The notes: a model not told the origin generated them from the sequence alone. Numbered from the stretch's first letter, positions 8,684 to 17,972 are shown. The stretch: 26,372 nt of DNA from Bryobacteraceae bacterium (GCA_043776185.1 JAYVRS010000328.1:1-26372), one strand, 5' to 3'. A program made the numbers and translations.

Positions 8684-9544
8684 TTAGCCTTCGCTACCGT
8701 CGGCCCCGGAGCAACAAGATTCGCACCCGCCGCCGCTTTTGGCGCGGTAGGTGGAGCTGGCGCTTGTCCCTCCACGCGCCTTATTGGCCAATGACTCCAG
8801 AAATTGCTCGCGCTTGTAGAGAGAGAGTAACTCGGCAGCACAGAGGCCGGGGGGCGGAGTGGAAGGCTTGCCATCCACGGTTTTAGTGCCAATCTTTACG
8901 GCCCGCTCGCCCAGCACCCGGGCGGATAGGTTGAACTCCGCCAATGAATGATTGTCGCTGGTCTCCAGCGGAGGGTTGCTGAAGACGTGTAGGGCGGCAA
9001 TAACGTAGTCGTCGCCCTTGACAGTGACCATGGTGCGCGAGTTCGGCTCCCACAAAATCGAACCGCTTTCGCTCACCAGGTAGCAGCCCGCAAAAGAATT
9101 TAGATTGTAACGGAACACGGTCACGCCGGCATTGAGGCCGACGTGTGGATCGACCAAACATCGGTGACCGTCGCTTAGATTCAGGGCACCGGAATTCCCG
9201 TAGTTTATGTCATCCGGACGCGGAAGCACGATGCGCGCATGAATCGCTTTCTGCGCTTCATCGACCGGTTTCTTCAACTCAATCGTGGGCCGCTTGGAGG
9301 CATCCAGTGCCGCGTTACGGGTGGTCGGGCCAGCCCCAACAACCAACTCGCCGGCGAATCCGGCGAGAATGCCGGCTTCGCGCAACCAGTCGCCATAGAG
9401 ATAGCGATGCTCGTCGCCCATCGACAGAACGTACGCCCGAAATTCATGAGTCGTAGTGTTTTCCACGATCGGCGTGAGACCGTGAAAGACGACATAGACG
9501 ATATTCTTAGTTTTGGCTGGTGACTTTTTCTTAGCCATATCCAT
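8684..9544 (-). CDS. Unknown protein (286 aa), paralog A, Cys-rich C-terminal tail GGGCESCCS
   Basis: Long ORF with AAGGA RBS, 19 nt downstream of the CHAT gene stop; colinear motif identity with 7730..8626. Start 9544 or 9538. Confidence 0.85.
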   Translation of the reverse strand: MDMAKKKSPAKTKNIVYVVFHGLTPIVENTTTHEFRAYVLSMGDEHRYLYGDWLREAGILAGFAGELVVGAGPTTRNAALDASKRPTIELKKPVDEAQKAIHARIVLPRPDDINYGNSGALNLSDGHRCLVDPHVGLNAGVTVFRYNLNSFAGCYLVSESGSILWEPNSRTMVTVKGDDYVIAALHVFSNPPLETSDNHSLAEFNLSARVLGERAVKIGTKTVDGKPSTPPPGLCAAELLSLYKREQFLESLANKARGGTSASSTYRAKSGGGCESCCSGADGSEG

Positions 9545-9563
9545 AGTTTCCTTTCAACACAAA

Positions 9564-12467
9564 TTAAGGCAACCCAAACAACTGAAAGGCCGCCCAAAAA
9601 TAGGGGTGGTGCTGGAGCGGATCCCGCTCGACCGCGAGCGCGGCTTCGCGTAAGGCGGCGGCCGGCGCCATACCTTGCTGCAACCGATCATAAAAACGCT
9701 CCATCATCTGCGCCGTGGCGCGGGAGTCGACATTCCAGCGCGAGGCCAATACCTGGCTCGTCCCGGCGTCCAAAAAGGCTTGCACGAGGCTTTCGACATT
9801 GACGGAGCCGCCATCCTCGCCGGCGCCGGACGAACACGCGGCCAGGGTGGCCAGGCGCAGCGCATGCAGGTCGAGATCGGCGATCTCGGCGGCCGTGATC
9901 AACCGGGTGCCCACCCGCGGTTCGCCGGCCAGAACTAAGGCGCCATTGCCACCGTTAGCCACACCGTGCCCGGCGAAGTGAAAGAGGCGATGGCGAGTGA
10001 GCTGCTGCTGAAGTGCCTCCACGTGCGCGCCCGCTCCAGAGAGGTAAAGATGTTGGGGAAATAGGTGGCGGAGATGTTCCGCTTCGGCTAAGCCGGCGCT
10101 GAGTACGGGGAAGCGTGGACGGTCGCGTGGGTCGACGGCCGGCTCGGCTACTACCAGGGCCGGTTGCCAGTCGAGCGGCACGTCGAGCGACGGACGCGAG
10201 ACCGGCGCTGAGCCCCAGCCAATAGTTTGGACGACGGCGACGCGCGATAGCAACGCGCGTCCCTCACGGTCTCGCAGTGCGCCCCAAGGCAGGACGGCCA
10301 GCGGACCGTCAGGATCCACAATGAGCGTGCGGGCTCCGCCAAAACGCGATTCGAAAGGCAAGATCAGGAGATCGTACAGTTCGCGGCCGCTCTGGTTCAC
10401 CACCGCCAGCGGCGAACCGGAATTAGCGACCAGGGCGGCAAAGCGTTGCGCCAAGCGCGTGAGTTGCGGCTGCGTAATTCGATGCAGGGCCAGGCCTTGG
10501 GCGTCGGCCCACCAGACCACCGGCCCTGAGGGAAGCAGCGCCACGGCTAGCCAGACCTCGCCGGGCGGCGGCGAAAGCCGAATCGGCTGTCCCGGATTGG
10601 CCAGCGTGCGGAAGGTCTGCCACGTGCGCAGCGCCGCGGTGGGCCCTTCCGTATCGAGCTGTGCTTCGGTCAACAAACGCCAAGCTGGACCGATCTCTAG
10701 AGCGGTGGCGTGCCGTTGACGACGGCCGCGCAGCGCGTTCACGATCGCCACCGTCTCCTCCACCAACACGCGATAGTGACGCAACGCTTCCGGGCGATTG
10801 CCTTGCTGCCAGAACGCCCGGCCCATCATGGGCAGCAACATAATGCGGCTGTCGTGATCCAACTTTCGATAAGGGAACTCCGCGCCGTTGGTCACCCGCC
10901 GTAAACGAACCAAGGCCTGGTCGGCGTGCCCGGCGACAATATCCGTCGAGGCTGATTCAATCTCGTTGGTAGTTTCGCCGGGCAGTTTGGCGCTGGGATC
11001 GAGCCGGAAAAAGTCGGAGCGGATGGCGGCTCGAAGCCACTGATTTGGATGGCCCTCCATGACGGCCATCGACTCACGGAAGAGCAGCGCCGCCAGACGG
11101 GAATAGCCGAACGACTCGGCCATCATGCCCAACGGACTATAGAAATTAGTGGCGAAAGGCGCCGGCAGCACGCTGCGCCAATAGGCGGCCAACCCGCGAT
11201 GCGCCAGCTCCCAGGACTCCACCGGCGCCGTGAAGGCGTGGAAAGGCTCCACCAAAGCGCTGGTGGCGCGCAGTTCGAGATCTAAGAAGCCGCTGCCCTC
11301 GATGCGGGCCAGCAGATTTTCACTCTCCGTCAACATGTCGATCACCCGCTGGCGCGACTTGCAGGCGGCCGATTCCTGCTGAGCCCGGAGGTCCACCCAG
11401 CGATAACCGCCGGCCAAGCCGATCTGACGAGACCTTTCGGCGAGCGGCCGGCATTCCGCACTGCGACCGCTGCGGCGAAGGGCGTAACTGGCTTGCACGC
11501 CTGAGACCGCTTGTCCGGCGGCATTCCCAGCGCGAGCGTAAAGTAGGCCCGCCTGAATGCCCGCTTCGGCGGCGGTGGAGTAATCTCCGGCAGCATTCGA
11601 CAGCGAAGCACGGCCCAGGGCTTGGTCGGCCACGATGTTGGTTGGTGCCGTCAACAGATCCTGCAGCACCGGGTCAGCTAACTCAGTACGAAAGTACAAA
11701 GCCAGCCGGCTCAGGTCGGCGCTGAATTCTGTCCGCCGGGGCAGCCATTCGGAGAGCGCGAGTTGCAGGAGCAGTTCGGCGGAGCCTGGGATGTCCCGGG
11801 CTGGCTCTCGCCGTGCCGCCACCCGCGCCACGCGGTCCCGGCGGCGGCGAGCCTCGCTTTCGGCAGCTTGGAGACGCTGGATGAAGGTGGCTTTCCGCGA
11901 ATCATTTACGCTGGCCGCTGCCTTCTTCCAGTAGTCGATCGCGACCTGGGGAGCCGGTAACTGAGCGCTCACCTCCGCCAGATTCGCGAAACCCAGGGCG
12001 GGGAATCCGGGCAGCTCCGAAGCTTCAATCAGCGCGTTGGCCGCTGTCGCCCAATCAATCGCCCGATTCTCCGCAGCGGCGCGAAGGCCCAGACTGACGC
12101 CATAAGCCATTTGAAGGTGGGCATCGTCAGAGTCCAGCAAAGTCGCCAAACGCATCAGCCGAACCGCTTCGGCATGGGCACCTCGAAGGGACGCGAGCCT
12201 GCCCCGCAGGTAGAATGAACGCGGCGTCGGCCCGAGGCGCGCGTCCGTCGATTCAAGGGCTCGGGCGACTTGCGCAAGTGCCGTAGCTTTGGCCGTATCG
12301 CTCAGCACGGGTGGGTCGGCGGATTGACCGGGCCAGTAGAGCGAGTTCGGCGCCGGGAAATTGTTTAAGGCACCTTCGGCGCGCGACAGCTGAAAGTGGG
12401 GCCAGCGCCACCAGCTGATCGCCGCGATCAGGGTGAGAGCCGGTGCGAGCCACCATCGTTTGCGCAT
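9564..12467 (-). CDS. TM/signal-anchored TPR + CHAT (caspase-family) protease, 967 aa
   Basis: N-terminal MRKRWW plus hydrophobic stretch, helical repeats, then CHAT motifs LIVDPDGPLAVLPW, HFAGHG (His at 9966-9968), LAACSSG (Cys at 9834-9836), ASRWNVDS and HPYFWAAF. Confidence 0.92.
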   Translation of the reverse strand: MRKRWWLAPALTLIAAISWWRWPHFQLSRAEGALNNFPAPNSLYWPGQSADPPVLSDTAKATALAQVARALESTDARLGPTPRSFYLRGRLASLRGAHAEAVRLMRLATLLDSDDAHLQMAYGVSLGLRAAAENRAIDWATAANALIEASELPGFPALGFANLAEVSAQLPAPQVAIDYWKKAAASVNDSRKATFIQRLQAAESEARRRRDRVARVAARREPARDIPGSAELLLQLALSEWLPRRTEFSADLSRLALYFRTELADPVLQDLLTAPTNIVADQALGRASLSNAAGDYSTAAEAGIQAGLLYARAGNAAGQAVSGVQASYALRRSGRSAECRPLAERSRQIGLAGGYRWVDLRAQQESAACKSRQRVIDMLTESENLLARIEGSGFLDLELRATSALVEPFHAFTAPVESWELAHRGLAAYWRSVLPAPFATNFYSPLGMMAESFGYSRLAALLFRESMAVMEGHPNQWLRAAIRSDFFRLDPSAKLPGETTNEIESASTDIVAGHADQALVRLRRVTNGAEFPYRKLDHDSRIMLLPMMGRAFWQQGNRPEALRHYRVLVEETVAIVNALRGRRQRHATALEIGPAWRLLTEAQLDTEGPTAALRTWQTFRTLANPGQPIRLSPPPGEVWLAVALLPSGPVVWWADAQGLALHRITQPQLTRLAQRFAALVANSGSPLAVVNQSGRELYDLLILPFESRFGGARTLIVDPDGPLAVLPWGALRDREGRALLSRVAVVQTIGWGSAPVSRPSLDVPLDWQPALVVAEPAVDPRDRPRFPVLSAGLAEAEHLRHLFPQHLYLSGAGAHVEALQQQLTRHRLFHFAGHGVANGGNGALVLAGEPRVGTRLITAAEIADLDLHALRLATLAACSSGAGEDGGSVNVESLVQAFLDAGTSQVLASRWNVDSRATAQMMERFYDRLQQGMAPAAALREAALAVERDPLQHHPYFWAAFQLFGLP

Positions 12468-12474
12468 CGGGTCT

Positions 12475-13374
12475 TCAATGAATCGCTTTGATCCGGTCGC
12501 GAACTTCGCTAGACCAGAGCCGGTCGCCTTCCGATCCTTGGCGAACCCTCAGCAGAGTACGCCAATCCCGACCGGCTTCTTGACCTTGTCCGAGCCGCGC
12601 GTAGGTCAGGCCGCGATTGTATAAGGCCGCCGGGTCGACCGGGCGTTGGGCCAACACTCGGGAAAACTGTGCGAGGGCCCGAGCATAGTCATCGGCGGCA
12701 CCGCCTTCGGCCCTGGCGGCGTAGGCTACGCCTAACAGGCCGGCCACGTCGAGGTCGTTGGGTGCCGACCGGCGCGCCGCTTCCAGGGTCTGTACTGCGG
12801 CATCTACCTTGTGTTCGAGCAATTCGCTCCAAGCCCGCAGACGCATCAATTCAACGCCACTCTCGCCCGCAGCCGACCGTTTCGCGAGTTCCGCTTGTGC
12901 CTCCAAAAGTGCGGCCGGTACAGGCTGATCGGAGCCTCTCTGGGCTTGGGTACGCCCATAGTCGGCGTGAGGCAATCGCCAATCGAAGGGGCGGGCAGTG
13001 GCGGAAGCCTGCGCGAGCAAGCCCGGCACGGGGTCACGCCGGCTAGCCAGGTACCAGGATCCGGCAGCGATGATCACGAGGGCGGCGGCGGCGATACTCC
13101 ACAGGTGCGGCCACTTAGGACGGGTTCGGCTATTCCGGCGAACGGGCCGGGACGGCGGCTGCCGAAGAACCTGCCCGATTAACTCCCGTTCGGTAGGCGA
13201 CAGTTCATGTTCCAGGTCGCGAATGGTTTGGCGTAAAGCCTGGCCGCACACGTCGCACGCAGAGACATGCGCCAAACGAACCTGTGTCTCATCGGCCGGT
13301 AACAGGTCCTCGGCGATTTCAGTAAGCTCCCAAGAAGAGAGGCAGCCAGGTTTCGAAGTGCTCGACGTATTCAT
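12475..13374 (-). CDS. Anti-sigma-like protein: zf-HC2 domain, one TM helix, TPR domain
   Basis: HVSACDVC (HxxxCxxC), TM WSIAAAALVIIAAGSWYL, TPR-like AALYNRGLTYARLG. ATGA overlap with the upstream ECF. Confidence 0.88.
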   Translation of the reverse strand: MNTSSTSKPGCLSSWELTEIAEDLLPADETQVRLAHVSACDVCGQALRQTIRDLEHELSPTERELIGQVLRQPPSRPVRRNSRTRPKWPHLWSIAAAALVIIAAGSWYLASRRDPVPGLLAQASATARPFDWRLPHADYGRTQAQRGSDQPVPAALLEAQAELAKRSAAGESGVELMRLRAWSELLEHKVDAAVQTLEAARRSAPNDLDVAGLLGVAYAARAEGGAADDYARALAQFSRVLAQRPVDPAALYNRGLTYARLGQGQEAGRDWRTLLRVRQGSEGDRLWSSEVRDRIKAIH

Positions 13375-14153
13375 TCCTCTCCCTTAGTAGGACGTGGCGA
13401 CTCGCCAAAACCCTTTTGCTCCGCGGGAGCCAACTCAGCCCGCAAAGTTGCGGTTAGGCGGTAAAGCAGGCTTTCCACCCCCTTCACGGTGAGCCCAACA
13501 GCGGGCAAAGCCGCGATCTCTTTGGCCGTAAAGCCTTGGCGATAATAGAGCCAGAAGACGTTGCGATCCCGCATATGTGATTCTGGCCCGCAGGCCGCCG
13601 CCAATAACCCATCGATCCGCTCAAAGAGCATTTTCCGGTGAAGTTCCGATTCGGCCGGTTCCGCGAGGGCCAGATCATGCTGGAGCACGTCGAGCGAAAC
13701 CGCCTTGCGCGCATCTTTTATCGGATTCCGGAGCGTGCGCAAGTGATCGACGGTGGTGGAATAGGCCACCGCCCGCACCAACGCGTACACGCCGTTGGGA
13801 TGGTCGGAACGCAGGTGGCGCAGGATTTTGCCGTTGTTCGCGCAGAGCTTGAGGTAGACATCCTGCACCAGGTCCTCCACCATGGCGCGGCTGGGTCCAC
13901 TGGAGGTGGATAGGGTGCGAACGACGGTGCTCACAATAAGCTCGTGAAAACGCGCGAGAAAACCATCCCAAGCTTCGATTTTTCCAGCTTGCGAGGAAGC
14001 CAACAAAGTTTTGAATTCATCCGGCGGCAGAACATAAATATAGCACCGGCGACGAGCCAAGGCGGTGGACGTGGGGTCACATTTCTTGGGATTGCTAGCG
14101 AGCGCGAGGTGATGGTCCACACGGGCATGGTCTGGAGAAAACGGATCATTCAC
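13371..14153 (-). CDS. ECF sigma-70 factor (start uncertain)
   Basis: Region 2: AWDGFLARF...VEDLVQDVYLKL...AYSTTVDHLR. Region 4: FWLYYRQGFTAKEIA...VKGVESLLYR. Confidence 0.88.
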   Translation of the reverse strand: MNDPFSPDHARVDHHLALASNPKKCDPTSTALARRRCYIYVLPPDEFKTLLASSQAGKIEAWDGFLARFHELIVSTVVRTLSTSSGPSRAMVEDLVQDVYLKLCANNGKILRHLRSDHPNGVYALVRAVAYSTTVDHLRTLRNPIKDARKAVSLDVLQHDLALAEPAESELHRKMLFERIDGLLAAACGPESHMRDRNVFWLYYRQGFTAKEIAALPAVGLTVKGVESLLYRLTATLRAELAPAEQKGFGESPRPTKGEE

Positions 14154-14419
14154 GGGCTGCCGCCGGGTGGTAGGGCAAAATTATGGCGTCGATTCGAGCG
14201 GCAATGCTTCTCGCTGGGATCGTGCTCGCGAAGCGCAATCAATGTTGATTTCCGTGTCACTTTCCCTGAGCGATCTGCGCTATCTCTGTCAGTGACCCCC
14301 ACCCAGACCCTGCATTATCCTGTGCTGGCCGCCCGTTTGTTGGAGTTTGGTTCATGGGTGATATGCTTTACACCACGCGAAATTGAACGTTTGTTTAACG
14401 AACACTAGGAGAGATTTGG

Positions 14420-16054
14420 ATGCCTACCAGAACAAAGACTCCGATTACTGCGGACGCAGAGATCAAACTTACCATCAAAAAATTCGGCCCTTCCAGCGAA
14501 GAGCTCGTTGCCATTGGCGAGCGAGTCTTCCGGCTCGCGCCGGTGCGAAAATTTTCCGGCGATAGCGCAAGGCTTTTGTATACCGAGCTAGTCGACGATG
14601 ACGGAGACCAGAAACAGGGTAAGCCGACGCCGCCCAACCGTTTCCGCGTGACGATCCGCGACGATGCAGGCCACCGCACCATATACGCGGACGGCCCAGT
14701 GAACGATCCGACAGCCGTGGAGCTAACTGCGTCCGCAATTTCTCCGCATCCATCCACGGCCGAGTTTGCCGCCGCTTTGGCGATCCTGCGGCGAGACTCG
14801 TTTTTCGCAGAGAACCTCGCCGAGAATCGACATCAGCCGTATCAGCCGATTCCCGCGGTCACGCTGACCGAGCTCCCCGATGGAAGGGTGAAGCGCAGTA
14901 TCGCGGTGGGGTTGCTGCCGCGCGAAGCCCAGGCACTCCACGAAATCGTCGCTGTGGATCTAGCAAACGGGATGGTGGAGCGATTCGAAGGCCGTACCCC
15001 TCCCAATGCACGGCCGTCCAACTCCAGTACCTGCGGCGCTCCGGCAGGCGCCAATCAATCGACCGCCGGCAAGGGAACGGCTGGACAAGTATCGGTGAAG
15101 GTCACTCAGGGCTCGCAGACTCTCTGGACGTTCATAGCCGTGCGGCCGGCCGCATCGAGTGGCACGAATGGCTCCGGCATCGAGCTGCGCTACCTAGATT
15201 TCAAAGGGAAACGAGTGCTGTATCGGGGCCACGTGCCGATCCTCAACGTGAAATACAATGGCGACGCCTGTGGACCCTATCGTGACTGGCAATATCAGGA
15301 AGGCATGATCCAAGCCAGTGGCGTCGATGTGGGGCCAGGCTTCCGGCTTTGCAATTCACCCGCCAAAACGATCACGCAAACCGGCTCGGACACGGGCAAT
15401 TTCCTGGGCACGGCGATCTACGTGGACGGCAGTGAGGTGGTGTTGGTGAGCGAGATGGAGGCGGGCTGGTACCGCTACGTTAGCGAGTGGCGTCTCGATG
15501 TTAACGGCACCGTCCGCCCGCGATTCAGTTTTGCGGCGGTGGAGAGCCCTTGCGTTTGCAACGTGCACCACCATCACGTCTATTGGAGGCTTGACTTCGA
15601 CATCCGTTCGGCGGGCAACAATCGCGTTCGTGAGTTCAACGATCCGCCCTTGGTGGGCAACTCTAAGTGGCATAACAAGAGCTTCGAAATCCGGCGCCCG
15701 CGGGACTATGGTCGAAAACGGAAATGGCTGGTGGAAAACACGCGCACAGGCGAAGGCTACGAGATCGTGCCGGGCGCGGCGGACGGCGTGGCTACGCTGA
15801 TGCCTGACTGGCCATTCGGTCGGGGAGATGTGTGGGTTCTGCGGTACCGCGGAAGCGAGATTGACGACGGCGTGGTGGCCACGGGTCCCCCCTACGAGGC
15901 GCAACTCGACAACTGGGTAAACGGCGAGGCGGTGTCCGATCACGACGTGGTGATTTGGTATGCCGGACACTTTACTCATGATCTGAGTCATGAGGATCCG
16001 GCGCAACACGGACACATTGTAGGCCCCGAGTTGCGGCCGGTGAAGTGGGGCTAA
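14420..16054 (+). CDS. Copper amine oxidase-like protein (cytoplasmic, non-canonical cofactor motif)
   Basis: GWYRYVSEW aligns to GNYDYxxxW; HHHHVYWRLDFDI aligns to HxHxFxxRLDxDV; DVVIWY...HDLSHED aligns to DxVxWY...HxPxxED. PYRDW lies at the catalytic Asp position. AGGAGA RBS. Confidence 0.72.
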   Translation: MPTRTKTPITADAEIKLTIKKFGPSSEELVAIGERVFRLAPVRKFSGDSARLLYTELVDDDGDQKQGKPTPPNRFRVTIRDDAGHRTIYADGPVNDPTAVELTASAISPHPSTAEFAAALAILRRDSFFAENLAENRHQPYQPIPAVTLTELPDGRVKRSIAVGLLPREAQALHEIVAVDLANGMVERFEGRTPPNARPSNSSTCGAPAGANQSTAGKGTAGQVSVKVTQGSQTLWTFIAVRPAASSGTNGSGIELRYLDFKGKRVLYRGHVPILNVKYNGDACGPYRDWQYQEGMIQASGVDVGPGFRLCNSPAKTITQTGSDTGNFLGTAIYVDGSEVVLVSEMEAGWYRYVSEWRLDVNGTVRPRFSFAAVESPCVCNVHHHHVYWRLDFDIRSAGNNRVREFNDPPLVGNSKWHNKSFEIRRPRDYGRKRKWLVENTRTGEGYEIVPGAADGVATLMPDWPFGRGDVWVLRYRGSEIDDGVVATGPPYEAQLDNWVNGEAVSDHDVVIWYAGHFTHDLSHEDPAQHGHIVGPELRPVKWG

Positions 16055-16185
16055 CTTAGGTCGCAACCACCGACGGGCGTGAGATTCAATTCCTGGGGCT
16101 TGGCCACACCCACTTCTTCCGGGCCAGAGAAGCTTTGCGGGCGAATTGGCTTTGCTGCGTCAAGCCGTTCTACACTGGAATCTCA

Positions 16186-16935
16186 ATGCGAAAACCAATC
16201 ATGGCCGGCAACTGGAAGATGTTCAAAACGCCCGCCGAAACTACCGCGTTCTTTGAAAAGTTCTTACCCATGGTCGCCGCGGCGGCACACGCCGAAGTGG
16301 CCATCTGCGCTCCTTTTATTGACCTTCCGGCCGCCATCGCCGCTACCCAAGGCTCCGCAGTCGGCATCGGAGGACAGAACCTCCATTGGGCGAAGGACGG
16401 GGCCTTCACGGGCGAAATCTCGGGGCCGATGCTGAAAGCTATCGGCTGCCGCTACGTCATTGTGGGCCACAGCGAACGGCGTCAGTTCTTCGGCGAAACC
16501 GATGAGACCGTCTTGAAACGGACCCTCGCCGCCTTGGACGCCGGCTTGACCCCCATCGTCTGCGTCGGCGAATTGCTGGCGGAACGCGAATCCGGCCGCA
16601 CCAATCAGGTCTTGAAGACCCAGTTTGACGGTGGCATCGGTCCGCTGCCGCCTGACCAATTCGCGCAAATCGTCATTGCCTATGAGCCGGTGTGGGCCAT
16701 CGGCACGGGCAAGGTGGCCACGCCCGAGATCGCCGCCGATGCCCACCGGGCCCTGCGCGGCTTTGTGGAGGCGCGTTTCGGCCGTGAGGCGGCCCAGGCC
16801 GTCCGCATCCTGTATGGCGGCAGCGTGAAGCCCGACAACATCAAAGGCTTGATGGCCCAGCCCGAAATCGATGGCGGCTTAGTCGGCGGCGCGAGCCTCG
16901 AACCCAACTCGTTCGCCGGCGTCGTCAACTTCTAG
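16186..16935 (+). CDS. tpiA: Triosephosphate isomerase
   Basis: MAGNWKM, GAFTGEIS, IVGHSERR, IAYEPVWAIGTG, ILYGGSVKP, LVGGASL. Start moved to ATG 16186. Confidence 0.99.
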   Translation: MRKPIMAGNWKMFKTPAETTAFFEKFLPMVAAAAHAEVAICAPFIDLPAAIAATQGSAVGIGGQNLHWAKDGAFTGEISGPMLKAIGCRYVIVGHSERRQFFGETDETVLKRTLAALDAGLTPIVCVGELLAERESGRTNQVLKTQFDGGIGPLPPDQFAQIVIAYEPVWAIGTGKVATPEIAADAHRALRGFVEARFGREAAQAVRILYGGSVKPDNIKGLMAQPEIDGGLVGGASLEPNSFAGVVNF

Positions 16936-16939
16936 CGCC

Positions 16940-17596
16940 ATGCCCTCGCCCAGCAGTGCGTTGACGCTCTTCTTCGTGGCGCAAGTGCTGTTGCTGGCGG
17001 CATTCTGGATTTGGCTCACCGGTCGGCGTGCCACCGTTGCGCTGGCACTCTGGCTGGGAGCCACGGGCTTCGCGGCATACGCCGGGTGGCTACGCTTTGG
17101 TCCATCGCCGCCGCCCATCGGCTTCGTCATCATCCCGGGGTTGTTGATTACGGTGGCGCTCGGGTTCTCCCGCTGGGGCAGTGCGATCATCAGCCGCGCG
17201 GGAATCGCGGTTTTGATTGGCTATCAGAGCTTTCGCATCCTGGTGGAGTGCTTCCTGTGGTGGGGATCTCGCGAAGGCCTCGTGCCCGCGCAGATGACTT
17301 GGGAGGGGCGCAATTACGACGTCCTGACCGGGTTAGCCGCCTTGCCGCTGGCGTGGTGGGCTTTCGCGGGAAAGCCTTCCCGGATGCTGATCTGGCTTTG
17401 GAACCTGGCCGGTCTGGGCTTGCTGGTCAACATCGTCACGGTCGCCGTGCTTTCGATGCCGAGCCCGTTCCGCTACTTTTCGCCGCCGAATCTGTTTGTG
17501 GCGCAGGCACCATTTATTTGGCTGCCGACGTTTCTGGTGACTTCGGCGCTGCTCGGCCATTTGCTGGTTTTTCGCTGGCTGCGGAAGACGGAGTAG
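16940..17596 (+). CDS. Multi-pass membrane protein of unknown function
   Basis: About 6-7 hydrophobic segments with polar motifs (YQSFRILVE, GRNYDVLTG, PFIWLP). Starts 4 nt after tpiA. Confidence 0.85.
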   Translation: MPSPSSALTLFFVAQVLLLAAFWIWLTGRRATVALALWLGATGFAAYAGWLRFGPSPPPIGFVIIPGLLITVALGFSRWGSAIISRAGIAVLIGYQSFRILVECFLWWGSREGLVPAQMTWEGRNYDVLTGLAALPLAWWAFAGKPSRMLIWLWNLAGLGLLVNIVTVAVLSMPSPFRYFSPPNLFVAQAPFIWLPTFLVTSALLGHLLVFRWLRKTE

Positions 17597-17655
17597 CTAT
17601 TTGCTTTAACCGCTTGATTAGTAACTTCATTGACACTGGCGATCTACCCACGGCT

Positions 17656-17797
17656 AGCCCCCGGCGTCAGCCGGGGGAGTGTTTTTCCGGGGTTACCGTG
17701 TCCGTTTGATGTTTGAGTAAAGTCATTTTTAGTTAAGTGTGCCGGGCTTTTAAAACTTGTTTGAGACGTGGAGACTCCCCCGGCTGAGGCCAGGGCT
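17656..17797. repeat. REP-like inverted doublet, family 1
   Basis: AGCCCCCGGCGTCAGCCGGGGGAGT (17656-17680, internal hairpin) and an inverted near-copy ACTCCCCCGGCTGAGGCCAGGGCT (17774-17797). Confidence 0.7.
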
Positions 17798-17885
17798 GGT
17801 CGGCACGCGCGTCATTGAAGTTACATGCGGTCAGCGTACTATTACGCTGACCGGGTGAAAGATAGTGTTTGTGCACTGCCGCAGG

Positions 17886-17972
17886 ATCCCCTCCCTTTTA
17901 CGGTCGGGGTTCTGTTACTGGTCGCCAATCAATATGGCCATTCTGACGAACCCCGACCGTGAGGAAGGGGAT
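17886..17972. repeat. REP-like inverted doublet, family 2 (copy 1)
   Basis: ATCCCCTCCCTTTTACGGTCGGGGTTC (17886-17912) and GAACCCCGACCGTGAGGAAGGGGAT (17948-17972). The same element recurs at 26222-26279. Confidence 0.8.

Noticed and set aside
7730-9544. The paralogs as bacterial gasdermins
   Set aside because: Size and protease neighbours fit, but I see no N-terminal palmitoylation Cys or gasdermin-like sequence pattern, and the Cys residues are C-terminal. Only a structure search could revive this.
7730-9544. A RiPP biosynthetic cluster
   Set aside because: No recognisable maturase (radical SAM/SPASM, YcaO, LanM, MNIO) or exporter is adjacent, and RlmN is a housekeeping enzyme. Kept only as a minor hypothesis.
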